From Octopus sinensis (lineage: Eukaryota), in NCBI RefSeq assembly GCF_006345805.1, contig NC_042997.1, positions 77,066,001 to 77,130,000 on the forward strand: DNA of 64,000 nt. The letters run 5' to 3'. Positions 40,001 through 52,015 of the stretch are shown in pieces (the first letter of the stretch is position 1; each line of letters begins with the position of its first letter). The notes under the pieces are model-generated. The model had not been told where the DNA came from and ran no database searches. It was given only the letters and a program-made list of their open reading frames with translations. A program made the position numbers and the translations under genes.

Positions 40001-40676
40001 TAAAATTCATTTTAAAATTTACAGAAATGGTAAAGAAGGCTGGGAGGGTGGTTTTGTAACTAAAAGATTAGAAAACATGATGTATGTAATTAAAGGACAC
40101 TGTTGTGAACATAAGCGACACCTAAACCAATTAAAGGCAAGACATACTGAAAAACGAAAGGAAATACCAATGGAAGTCTGCTATGACATGTTTGAGGTGT
40201 CAGCACCAAAAGAGATTGAGCCTCATAGAGGCATCAGTATAAAAAGGAAACAGACTAAGAAATAATACCAAAACAAAAAAAATATTAAATTTTCTTCAGG
40301 AAAAAAATGAAAAGGAGAGGTGCTAGAAAAAGAAAAATTAAAATAAATTTCACTTCTTATGACAGTCAAAATCTCAAAAGGGGAGATGTTGTGATGAGAG
40401 TCACAACGCCCCCTTGCAAGAAATAGACTGGACTGAGTGATTATAAATAGTAGCTGCTGAAGTGAAGTTTGTGTGTTAGTTCAATTTGAGTTTGCAGTGA
40501 AGTCGGAGGGTGTCAGTTGGCTAGTTCATTTTGAATATTGATTGTTGGTTCATGAAGAGATTGTTTGATCACTACGTGGTTATTATGGCAGCATCGTTAT
40601 CTTGTTTACTGTTACAACATTGGTACAGTGTATCTAAACCATCCATCACAATAACATTTGGAGACAGGATACAACA
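37061..40676 (+). mobile_element. Ty3/Gypsy LTR retrotransposon with RT and RNase H deleted
   Basis: TG...CA LTRs at 37061-37885 (MITE-interrupted) and 40387-40676; CCAAC TSD (37056-37060, 40677-40681); degenerate PBS TCTAGCGATGAAGG; PPT AAAAGGGGAGA. Gag with double knuckle CYGCRGLHFRKDC/CYSCQIFGDKSLHC, degenerate protease, integrase HSGHP...CRSC and SDNGT...PPYCPKSNG. Confidence 0.9.
37267..37788. mobile_element. Tc1/mariner-superfamily (pogo-like) MITE inserted in the 5' LTR
   Basis: TA|CTGTAAATCCTCCAGTATAATCCGC ... GCGGACTATACTCGAGGATTTACGG|TA; absent from the 3' LTR. Confidence 0.88.
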
Positions 40677-41649
40677 CCAACCAACCTGCATTCATATAAA
40701 TATCACTCAGATGTTATAATATTGCCTTGACAGAATTTTCTCTATGAATGTGTACAGTTGTTAGTTGTGGAATATATTTACTGTATGTGCATGTAAATAT
40801 ATATATATATATAGTGCATGTGTGGACATTGCATGCATCTTTATATATTGTTGTTTATCATGAGAGCATGTAACTGTATGCATGTACATATGTTGTTTAT
40901 GTGTTTATTTGTGACAGCAAGCAATTTAGCACTTCATTCATACGTATGTATGCCTATGTGGGGAAAATATGCAAGCCAGCAGGTTATTTTCACCTATTCA
41001 TATCTTTGCATGTATACAAACCTGTGTATTCTAATTAGCAAGTTGTTTACCAATTACTAAACTTAGAATCTTCCCACATATCTCCCAAAATCCTCACTGA
41101 TTTATTGCCTTCCTTTCTTACATTTTTATTCTCTATTTTCAACCTCATTCTGTCCTAATTTTGTTTTCCTTCTTTCTCCTGCATTTCTTTACTATTTCCA
41201 AAAAATAATCCTAGTAGTGAAGATTTAGACAAAGGACAAAAGAGAACTGTCTTGTCTCTCTAGAGATGAACTTGGTCCAAAACATGAGAAACTATGCATA
41301 TAAACTTGAAAAAAACTTAACATTTTACCAATAAAAACAATATTTACTATCACACATCACCAGTGACTTCTTTGGTTTTTAGCATCTGTGTGTGTGTGTA
41401 TTGTATTGCATATGTATATAATATATATATATACTCATACATATATTGTAGGAATGGGAAAAGTTCTTTCTAGTAAGAAAATCTTCAATCTAGTTTGAAG
41501 TTTCTTTTGCTGGAATAAAACCACAAGTGAGGTTTTGTAATATTTAAGTTTATTTCAATTCTTCTAGCTTACACTGTGTTATGTATAATATATTCATAAC
41601 ATACATTCTTATGTATATCTGTTTGTGCATTTGGGTGCACGTACGCAAA

Positions 41650-42100
41650 TGCAGATATGGCTGGGTGGTTTCAGATTCAGACCCACTGCATTGTACTGTG
41701 TGCAAGTGTCTTCAGCTAGAACCTCAAGCCAACCAAAGTCTTATGAGTGGATTTGGTAGATGGAAACTTAAAGAAGCTCATCGTGTGTGTGTGTATGTGC
41801 ACGCACTCGCAGACATGTTGCCTCTTATGTCTATATGAGTGTGTGTGTTGCCCCTTGTCTTGACAACACATGTTTGTAAACAAGTGTCACAATCATGCTA
41901 GGAATGCTGTTCCTTTGCCATCTTTCACAAAAAAGTATGTCTGACCAAAAGAATATTACCTTGTTGGGAAACATGAGATTTCACAACAGAAAGGGCATCT
42001 GGCTGCAGAAAATCTGCTTCAACAAAATCCAACTGACCCATGCATGCATGGGGAAGTGTATGTAAAAAATCAATGGTGATGGTGATAATGATGATGTACA
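41650..42100 (+). mobile_element. tRNA-derived SINE with RTE-like 3' tail
   Basis: The head resembles the 25545-25885 SINE. The tail GAAAGGGCATCTGGCTGCAGAAAA...ACCCATGCATGCATGG...(GAT)n resembles the RTE terminus. Confidence 0.7.
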
Positions 42101-42609
42101 CACACCTGCACATATATAGATATGCATATATGCAAGTGTTGTGTACCAAAGCACACTCAGTACATAGATAATATTTACATTTTCTCACAGTTGGTTGAGC
42201 TCTTTACTATAGTTCAAAGTGACTTATATCAGTGTTTACTATTGAAATGAGTTGCCCTTATAAATATTACAGATATCCAATGATACATTCTCTACTCTCA
42301 GTGAAATGCTGGCCTCTTATAGAAAAAAGTCATCTTTCATATTATGAAACTGGAAAAGAATGATGTATTTTATTGACAGCATTTGAACTCATGATGCTAA
42401 CCATTTGAAATCCTTACATTGATCACTCAGATGAAATATTTATTGGTATAAAATATGATAAAGTGTTGTGAAAAAATTAAAATAAAATTTTTTCTTAAAG
42501 ACATAATATTTAAAGTAAAAGCAGAAAAGCATAAATTTCACATTATCCTTTTATGTGCAACAACTGTTCCATTATGATGATCACCATTAAATATATAAAC
42601 ATATAATTA

Positions 42610-43815
42610 TTAGGTTGTCAAGAAAGTTCTTGCGGTTTTTAACCTTTAACCCTTTCGTTACCAACCCGGCTGAAACCAGCTCTGGCTCTTTAGTACAAAT
42701 GTCTGGTTTTCAAAAGTTCTGAATTAAAACCTCCCACCAAACCTTAGTCACAATTTATGTCCCTAACTCTAGCTTAATGATAACAATGTTATTTTACTTA
42801 ATTCTTTGTTATATTTAACATAATTGGAAGAAACACTGAGCATCTCAAAATAAATTCAGTAACGAAAGGGTTAAATTCAGATGCACATATCTCGGCTCAA
42901 ACAAAACTTTATTAATCAAAATAAACACCATCAGAATCAACACACTTTTGCCAACGTGAAACTAGTATATTTATGCCAGTAGCATAAAAATCCTGCGTTC
43001 TGGTGGCAATGAAGTCGTTGAAGGCATGTTTGGCATCATCTTGGTTTTTGAAGCATTTCTCATGCAGGAAGTTGTCGATATTCTTGAAAAAGTGGTAGTC
43101 GGTAGGCAAGAGGTCTAGTGAGTATGGCGGCTAAGGCAGAGTTTCGTAGGTCTGTTGTGCAGCGTTCGGCCGAATGTTGTCATGGAGAAGAATTGGTCCT
43201 TTTCTATTGACCAATGCTGGCTGTTATTGTCGGAGTTTCTTATGCATTTCATCCTTTTGCTGACAGTACTTCTCTGTCATAATGGTTTCGCCTGGATCCA
43301 AAAAGCTGTGATGGATGAGACTGGCCACAGACCACCAAACAGTCACCATGACCTTTTGGTGCAACTTTGGCTTCAGGAAGTGTCTTGGAGCTTCGTTGGT
43401 GTCCAACCACTGAGCTTAGCATCGTCAGTTGTCATAAAGAATCCACTTTTCATCACAAGTCACAATCTCATCGAGAAATGGGTCATTCTTATTGTGTAAA
43501 AGAAGGGAAGATGACGCTTCAAAATGGGAATTTTTTTTTGTCGTTAAATTTGTGTGGCACCCATTTCTCAAGTATTTTTGTTTTTGCGATCTCTTTCAAG
43601 TGGTTGGAAATTGTCGTATATGTTATGTCTAGTTCAGAAGCAAGCTCTTGAACAGTTGTGCATGGACTGGCTTCCACTAAGGCTCTTAGTTGATCATTGT
43701 CAACTACGCCAACCACTACGCTTATCATCTTCAAGACTCTTGTCACCACTACGAAATTTCTTTAACCACCATTGTACCATACATTCATTAGTGGTTCCTG
43801 GGCCAAACACTTATA
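42610..43815 (-). mobile_element. Mariner (DD34D) transposon remnant, 5'-truncated
   Basis: TA|TTAGGTTGTCAAGAAAGTTC TIR; WVPH, KVMVTVWW, LLHDN and YSLDLLPTDYHFF...RWQKCVDSDGVYFD motifs. Confidence 0.88.
42650..42870. mobile_element. piggyBac-type MITE, 221 bp, nested in the mariner end
   Basis: TTAA|CCCTTTCGTTAC ... GTAACGAAAGGG|TTAA: perfect 12-bp TIR with TTAA TSD. Confidence 0.92.
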
Positions 43816-44367
43816 CATTTAATGACATTTATTGATGTTTATCCTCGTAAAACAAATGTTGAAGACAAAGTATAATCTATATGTTAAATTTATGATTTTC
43901 TTCTTTTACTCAAAATATGTTGCTCTTACAGATAATTTTAACTGGTTATGTGTATATATACATACAACATAGATTGACTGCAATGTAATAACATGTTTAG
44001 GCTTAATGTGTTATTCATGGAGCTCTTAGTTTACTGTAGATTTATTTTTGGTGTTTATACGTCAGTTCTGTATTTGGATATGATGAAATAATTTGATTTA
44101 TGTACAAATTTGGATGCTGTTATGTATCCAAGTTGTGCTTTTTATTAATTATCCTGGATAAGATATATCTTTATAAAAATAATAACTAGTTGCAATATCA
44201 CTGCATGGTACAGTTTTGGTTCATAATATAATTACTACAAACTAATCTGTTATATTTGGTGATGGAAGTATCTGAGAGATTAGACATCTAGTACATGTTA
44301 AGGTTATTGTGTATCATTATTAATTTTATTAATAATAATAATAATTATTATCATTATTATTTTTAAT

Positions 44368-45830
44368 TAAGAGTAACAGCATCACACTAGATAAAGCAAA
44401 TGAAATAAAAAAATTAGCCCAAAGCCAAACATACAAATACTTAGGAATCAATGAACTAGATAAGAAGGAATACTATAGATAAGTTAGATTAATACTGAAA
44501 ACAAAGCTCAATAGGTATCAACACTCTAGCTATCCCATTTATAAGTTACAGCTACAATATTCTTAACTGGACTCTAAATGAACTAATCAAAATAGACAGG
44601 AAAACAAGGAAAATAATGACAGGGTTTAGCATACACCACCCTAAATCTGACATAAAATGGTTATGTATACAATGTATCGAAGGTAGTAGAGGCCTTATAC
44701 AGCTAGAAAACTATTACAAAATAACTATCATAGGACTACAGAAATATCTACTTCAGAAGCAAGGAAAACTAATTACAAATAGCCACAATACACAAACAAA
44801 ACAAAAATATGTTTTCTATTTTTAAGGAAGCTGACAAATACAAAAAAGAAGTCCTAGTACCTATCAACTATGAAGAAAAAGACGAAACAATAAAAGCTGT
44901 AAAACAACTGAAATCCAAACTAAAACTGGAACAACATATCATGATAAAACAATGGCAAGAAAAGCCCCTAGATGGTAAATATTGTGTTAAGCTAAATAGA
45001 AAAGAAATAGACAAAGCAAAATCCCAACAATGGCTGAGCAGCTCAGAACTCAAAGCAGAGACTGAAGGATTTTTAATTGCAGCTCAAGATCAAAGCCTTC
45101 CCACCAGAGGTCACTGAAAACATGTAATGAAAAGAAATACAAGTAACTTCAGAATATTTGGTGATGGAGAAGAAACAAAAAATCATATTGTCTCTGGCTG
45201 CCAAGTCCTAGCTAAGAAGGAATATATTCACAGGCATGACAGAGTTGCGACCTACATACACTGGAAGCTATGCCAACACTATGGAATAACAACAGAAGAA
45301 AGATGGTATAGGCACACCCCAGAAAAGGTCACAGAAAATGAGAAAGCAACCATACTTTGGGATATGGCAATATGCACAGAGAAATTAAGGTCAAAAGGTT
45401 GGATATAGTTGTCATAGATCACCAAGAAAGAAAAATGCTTTCTAATCAATGTATCAATATCAAAAGATGACAATGTTTCTCTGAAAGAAACAGAGAAACT
45501 TTCAAAGTACAAAGATCTAGAAATAGAGGTAACTTGAATGTGGAGCCTAAAAACAGAAACAATTCCTATTATAGTAGGTGCATTAGGTATGATAAAAAAG
45601 ACATTCAGACAAATACATAATACCAGGACTTATAAGTATATATAACATACAGAAAATAGCACTACTGGGCACTGCACACATCCCATGTAAAACACTTTCA
45701 ATACAATGAAAATAGATCACTGCAACAAACCACAGCACTTACCCAAGATGCACAGAGCTGCACTTGGTAGTGCAGTGAAGGCACATAATAAAAATCAGAC
45801 TACTGAATAATAATAATAATAATAATAATA
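44368..45830 (+). mobile_element. R4/Dong-type RLE non-LTR retrotransposon, 5'-truncated and degenerate
   Basis: YKYLG, EGSRGL, ETEGFLIAAQDQSL, CCHC remnant (ET.NHIVSGC), RHDRV, TILWD, KRLDIVVID (RLE PD..D-like) and KYKDLEIE; (AAT)n tail; (AAT)n 5' flank. Confidence 0.88.
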
Positions 45831-46375
45831 TGCCCCAATGCAGTACCAGGCAGTGGCTCTCATGGCTTATCTTAACTGGTTGGAAGTGTTATGTACATGT
45901 TTTGTCTTAGTATAAAAGATGGGCTACAACAAATATTCTGCTCAATACCACAAATTTGCTTGTCATTTGAGCATGTCCCTTAGTGGCTGATGATACGTGC
46001 ATCTCTGATCACGAGCAGAGGTAAATGGGGTGGGGTGGGGGGCATCATAACCATGTGTTGAGAGGAATTCTTTGGGATTTGAATAATTCACCTCTGGAAA
46101 CATGGGTTTTTTCATCATCCTTAAACAAACCTTATTCAGGGACCTTTTGAGTGGGATGAGCTATTCAACCTGAAGAAAATTCTAACTGAGCCCCACCTGC
46201 AAGTTCGTGCACTGTTTATCTTGATATAAAATCACCATGTTCTGCACATATGGTTGCCTGGTGTACCCTTATCAGACAGGTAGTCATGATAGGTATATTG
46301 GGCTCCATATATTTATACTTCAATGTCACTTAGATAGCATGTGCTGCTCTCTCACTCAATGGTGAGAATAATAGT
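45831..46375. repeat. Probable dispersed repeat, perhaps the 3' end of a second TAA-associated retroelement
   Basis: GC-richer block starting immediately after the (AAT)n tail and ending in GAATAATA. Family identity not verified. Confidence 0.4.
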
Positions 46376-47789
46376 GGAACATTTCCAGATTTGAATTATG
46401 ATTATTTTTTGATGTAGTCTCCCAAATTAAAGACTAGTAATTTAAGTGTCTTGAATAAATACCACTAGAATTTAGTTGTATGCAGTTTCCTTCGTTTATA
46501 TACCTATTATCTCAAGGAAATATGTTTTTACTTTTCTGTGTTCAACTACCTTCTTGTTGACAAATTCTTGAGGTATTTTCTTTATAAGGAAATCTTTTGC
46601 AAACTGGTTTCTGACTTATTTTCTGTGTATTTGATATTTACTATAAAATTGTATGCAAAGGTCATCAGTTCATTTTTAATTCAGTTTGAATGTTTCAACA
46701 TTTTGTCTGATTGCTTTCATATTTTTTTTTTATCCCTTTTTTATGTCTTAGACTCAAATCTAAGCACCTAAATAATGCTTTAGTAGTGTGTATATACAAT
46801 AAGTGCTTGTGTTGATGTTGTAATCTCAATTCTCCCATACCACTACAGAATCTCACATTTTTATCAATGACTGCTAACATTATGTAGAGTTATCCTGATA
46901 AAATGACACTACTTTTCTCAGAATACATAAATCAATATTCTACCTATTTTAATATAAATTTGTTTTGTTACATATTCTTTTTACCAAAATAGTATTTCTT
47001 TGAAAATATATAAACCCTATGTCTCTGTTTTGTATGAAATTCCTGACAAAAAATTGATCTTTTGTTTTTATGTTGCTTAAGTCTGAGGAGGAAAGCTTGA
47101 GTCTATGATCGTCTACATGGCCTCCAAGACTAATGGGAGAAGGTAGTTTTCAGGCCAGTAATCTGGCTAAAAGGCTTAAATCAACAAAGAATTAAGTCTG
47201 TCACTAAAAATAGGGTGTAGACTTTTTTTTTCTTTTTGTAGATATTTTACTCAAGTGCTTAGATTTGAATCTAGGCCATAAAAAAATGAAGCAGTCAGGT
47301 AAGATGTCCATTGAACTTCCACACAGCTGCTCTCTACCAAATTTATCATATTTTTCATTTTATGGATACCCTTCTTAATGCCAGCTGAGTGTAGTGGGTG
47401 CTTTTTTGTGACATTGGCTCAGTTAAAAATTGTCAAGTAACTTGCAAGACAACAAAGAAGAAGCTTCCTAAGGGGAAGTGGTTTTATGTCAGGGGTTGAG
47501 ACTAAAATATGATAAAGGAACAGACACAAGAGTCTTGCTATTGAAAAAGTATATGGCTACATCACAATATATAAGACTAGGTGGAAGTAGCTGGAAAGGA
47601 GATAAAGATTTTTGTAACAAGGTATTAGAGCATACTTTTAATGTGGGTAAAAGAGAGCATATGAACTGAAGATAGGGAGTTGTAGGTGGCTAAGTTCATA
47701 AGAGTGTGAGAGGAGAATGACAGGTGCTTATGGAAGTGTGTATATGTTGCTCAATAGCTCTTTCCATTTACAATTGCCATTATCTCTAT

Positions 47790-48112
47790 ATATCCTTTTA
47801 TGTTCACTTTTACTGTCATCAGATTTGCACTTTGTCATATGTGTACATTGATGTTGCACATCCATTGGAGCATAGTAAATTCAGTCCTTTCTAGTCTTTT
47901 CATGTCCTCTACACCCAGGACCCATATCTCATTATTTTGTACATTACTGTTTGTACACAAGCACCATACAGTCTGCCTTTCACTCTTAGGGAGAGACATT
48001 TTGTTATCTCTGAAATTTCTTCAGTCATTTCTTATTCTATCAACTATACTTTCAGAAGAGTCTCCTTCACTACTAATTAGGTTACCTACATAGCAGAAAC
48101 AATCTACTACTT
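47790..48112 (-). mobile_element. Old RTE ORF2 fragment cut by the piggyBac insertion
   Basis: The reverse complement is similar to the VVDSFRYLG...RVKGRLYDAC...MCNVSVH region. Confidence 0.65.
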
Positions 48113-48116
48113 TTAA

Positions 48117-49199
48117 CCCTTTCGTTACTATATTTCTGACCAAAATACACCCCTTATGTGTTTCAATTAATTTCTAACGTAATCATAAATTTAATCTGGT
48201 TTCATTAAACAACTATAACTTTTTTATTTATCAATATCTTAATCTGATTTTTGGAAGATAATTTAATGAAATATTCTCAACCAATTCTATACTATAATTT
48301 TTGTCGCAAAGTGACTCTAATTGCAGGTAGATACAGGTAAATTCAACAAAATATAAAATTAAAATTTTGTTCAAACATCGCTATAGAAAATGGGTTATTA
48401 GCTAATATTCAATTGGGTATACAACAAAATTTTACGATAGAATTTGTTATTCTGGGTAACTTTCTGATACCCATAATAATATTTATGGCAAAATAGTCTT
48501 AATTTCATTTAAGGTTATGGGAAACCACAAACTATCGTTTCTTTCGCTTTGTTTACGTTTAGCGTAACGGTTCGTTTTCGCCGTAATGATTTCAAATAGG
48601 CTCATTCGAAAAAGTAAAAAGAAATAGTCTAAGGCTTTACTCCTCTGGGAAAGTCTGTGGCTTGGTCCAGTTTCTTCAGAAAAATCACCGAAAGAAACAG
48701 TTTTTAAATTTTCACTCCATTCAGGTGCCAATTCGTTTTCTTTATCGCTGTCGGAGCTCTCGGATTCACTGTTTTCACTTTCGGAAAATGAAACATCAGA
48801 TTCATTATCAAATACCATGTGCTTTTTTTTTTCAGTCATAGAGTTAGATTTATGAAGGTCTTCAGTAGAAAATCCTTCGAATTCTGACTCGTTGCTTGAT
48901 ATAATGAAATTCGTATCCATTTTTTGTCAGAATTACAAATTTTGAAAACACAATAGGAACAAATTTCGGAAAAAAATCTCTCAAAATTCACGGAATTAAA
49001 ATTACACTTCGATTATTGTACAAAACTGTAGTTGAACTGTTTACGAAGTATAATACGTGTTTTCACGAATGTACTAAAGAGATTTGCTCTGATATTCTCA
49101 TTTAAATATGAATAGGTAAATTCGGGCGGCTTTGGGCGGTTTGGTCACATTAACCAAAATTTTTTTGGGGCGACTTTGGGCAGTTTGGTAATGAAAGGG
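48117..49199 (-). mobile_element. piggyBac internal-deletion derivative retaining the transposase N-terminus (48483-48920)
   Basis: TTAA|CCCTTTCGTTAC ... GTAATGAAAGGG|TTAA; 22-bp subterminal direct repeats at 49124-49145 and 49168-49189. An acidic N-terminus is followed by ALDYFFLLF...IITAKTNRYA...W.PITLNEIK, typical of the piggyBac transposase start. Confidence 0.9.
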
Positions 49200-50881
49200 T
49201 TAAGGAACCAACTGGGCAACAACTACTGATTACTGTTGTACTAGAGAGCTTTTCCTCTCTTCATATTTATTCTGATGGACCAAGTGCTTTTCCTGTTTTC
49301 ATATTTTTAACTTTCTTTTTCAGAAATTAAGTAATATTATAAAACTATTTTTCAATCTTTATACATGTTAAAGTAAAGCAAAAAAGCAATACTGCAAAAC
49401 TAATTTTCTTTTGTACGTATTATTGTTAAAGAATAATTTCTAAGTTAAGCTAAATGTCTATCACATATATCTGAATGGTTGCACTGAAAATCCATTAGAC
49501 CATGGGATCATATATTATAAAGTACTGATTCAATCAGCTGTTGGGTGAATTAAAGAAAATGTAACAAAAATTTTTAAATGATCTGAAAAATAGTTCTTTT
49601 TTTTTCATACATGAATTCTTATTCACCTTTCTTGAGAAGCTACTTTTAATGGATTACTAATATTGCTAATGTTTCTCTAATGTATTTTCTGTTTAAAATA
49701 GTTTGCATGCTGTTTAAGAAGATATAAGGAAATAAATATTTATATTTTTCTTTTCTTCACACTACAATAGAATGGTCTGAAAAATATATTACTTCATGTA
49801 TATATGTGCAACAAACATTTTAGTGCAGGTTTTCATATCTAACAATGCAGCTGCAGAAAAATACTCCAGGAAAGCAATCAACATTGCAAATATAGATACA
49901 GTAGCATATCAACTATGTAATATAATGAGTTGTAAGACTTATTGATGTAGTTAAAAGACAAAATCTCTCTTTTCTGCTTGGACTGTTTAAAATCTAAAAA
50001 CAATAAACAGGAAAATATTTCCAATAAGATCAGTTGAAATGTTTGGGAAAACAATAAAGATTGGGTTTCATGTGCTCTTGAAAGCCATTATATATGTAAT
50101 ATGATTTGAAAACATCAATCAACTAAGATTATCCAAGCAGATAAAGAGTTTATAATCTAAAACCAACAAGCAAAGCTATAGCTTCAATTTGATCAGATGA
50201 TCAAAATTTTTGGACAATATCAACATTGTAGGTTGGTGTGGATTTAATCTTTAAACTGAAAAGAACATGCTTTGCTGAGCTGATTTAATAAAGCAGAAAA
50301 ATATCTGTTGCTTTCACCAGATCATTCAAAATATTCAGCTAAGCAATCTTGTTGCAGCTATGTTCCTTGCTTTTATGTTTTTTTTTAACAGCTTGGGAGG
50401 GAGATTTTGATTACTAATTGTGCTTGCATGGTTTCAGTTGATTGAAGCTTTTCTACTTTCTATAATACAAACATATGAAACCCTATCATATTCTCATATT
50501 TAAATTTTATATAGTTATTACCTACTAAAATATATTATCCAGTAATATTCAGACATTTACACAGCCTTATTTCTATAACAGTACCTCATCTTGTCTAATG
50601 CAGCAAAATATGACAGTTTGCTTTGACATGACTAAGTTTTATTTTATTTCCTTTCATACAAATTTCATTTTAAAACTGAAGTAGCATTTTAACAGTGACA
50701 GTACACAAACCAACTACTGTAGCATTCCGATATCAAGTTTCTACTTATTCACTTATTAACATTTATTTTGTAAGTGGAACATTTTCTATTCTTTTTAAAA
50801 AGTTAATTAGAATTAGAATTTTTTTTTTTATTGTTGCATAGCTATTTTAATGCATTTTGATTCTTATCATTTATGATGAGT

Positions 50882-51100
50882 AAGGCAGCAAGCTGGCAGA
50901 AATGTTAGCACACCAGGTAAAATGCTTAGTGGCACTTTATCCACCCTTACATTCTAAGTTCAAATGCTGCTGAAGTCGACTTCACCTTTTATCTTTTCAC
51001 GATTAATAAAATAAGTACCAGTTTAGCACTGGGGTCAATGTCATCAACATTCCTCCTCCACCGAAAATGCTGGTCTTGCACCAAAATTTGAAACCATTAA
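50882..51100 (+). mobile_element. tRNA-derived SINE, degenerate
   Basis: A-box-like AGCTGGCAGAAATGTTAG, B-box-like AGTTCAAATGC, and a GTCGACTTCACCTTT...ATAAAATAAGTACCAG central domain. Confidence 0.65.
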
Positions 51101-51981
51101 TTACGATGAGTATTAGTGACATGCATAGCTATAAGCAACTCTATTTGACAATCTCACTGTGTAGTTTCAAAGTACTTAGTTGTCAATTCAAATACATAAT
51201 ATTTTAAGAACATATTTTCTCGTGTTTAGAAAACCTTTCAGTTTTTTTAGGAGTGGGATGTTCCATAATTGTTAAAGGCATTCTGTATTGTGGTACTGTA
51301 TGGCTGTTGTATCTTTCTCTTGGTCATTGCTACAGTTACTGAGCTAGTGTTTGTTATGATTAAAGCAAGAAAGAAAGAGCTAAGCCTATATTATTTTGAT
51401 AAATCATGATACACCACACTTCAAAAATAGAGTCCAGAGCTGTGGGGAAAGCTAATCAAAATAGACAAGTATCCTCTCCAAGTAATTTTAACTTCTTATA
51501 TACTGTAGAAACAGGAATATGTTTTGATTCCTTTATTTCATAGTAGCCATTTTTGATTCTTGAAAAATGTTTCATAAAATCAATTTTTTTCTTTTTTAAA
51601 TCATTTTGTTATCAATTTCTGAAGATATTTCCTAAACACTTTGCAAGTTTTCCCTTTTAATACACATTAGTATTAGATACTTGCTGCACTGCTAGTTTTT
51701 AAAAGAAACAATAGCAAAATCCAAGATGTGAGACATTTTTCAATGAGGAATCCTTTAATTAGTCTTGTTTGCTACACATCCCTGATTCCTAAGCTGTTAA
51801 CCTATTACCACATAACCACCCTACTTGAAGACTCACTCACTCTTACCTTTTACCACTCATGCCTCTCTATAATTTTCATTTTCTACTCTGACAGAAGAGA
51901 CACATCTCCAGATTAGTAACTCACTAGTTCACAGCCATATCCAACAGGCGGCATCAAATGCTCTCTTCCTAGATGACTCAC

Positions 51982-52015
51982 CTGTGCCTCCTTATACATC
52001 ACAACCAAATCTCCA
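51982..52015 (-). CDS. Candidate internal exon of the host gene (xGDLVVMYKEAQ)
   Basis: Acceptor gatatttcag|, consensus donor CAG|gtgagt; only one frame is open; 34 nt. Confidence 0.45.

Noticed and set aside
45967-46025. CTGATGA followed by a possible stem, as a hammerhead ribozyme candidate
   Set aside because: No GAAA at the required position (GAGGT) and stem II is weak.
51840-51885. Exon KMKIIERHEW giving an in-frame TGA (Sec-like) if spliced to 31855
   Set aside because: Needs non-optimal splice sites, skips about 20 kb of unexamined intron, and no SECIS was identified.
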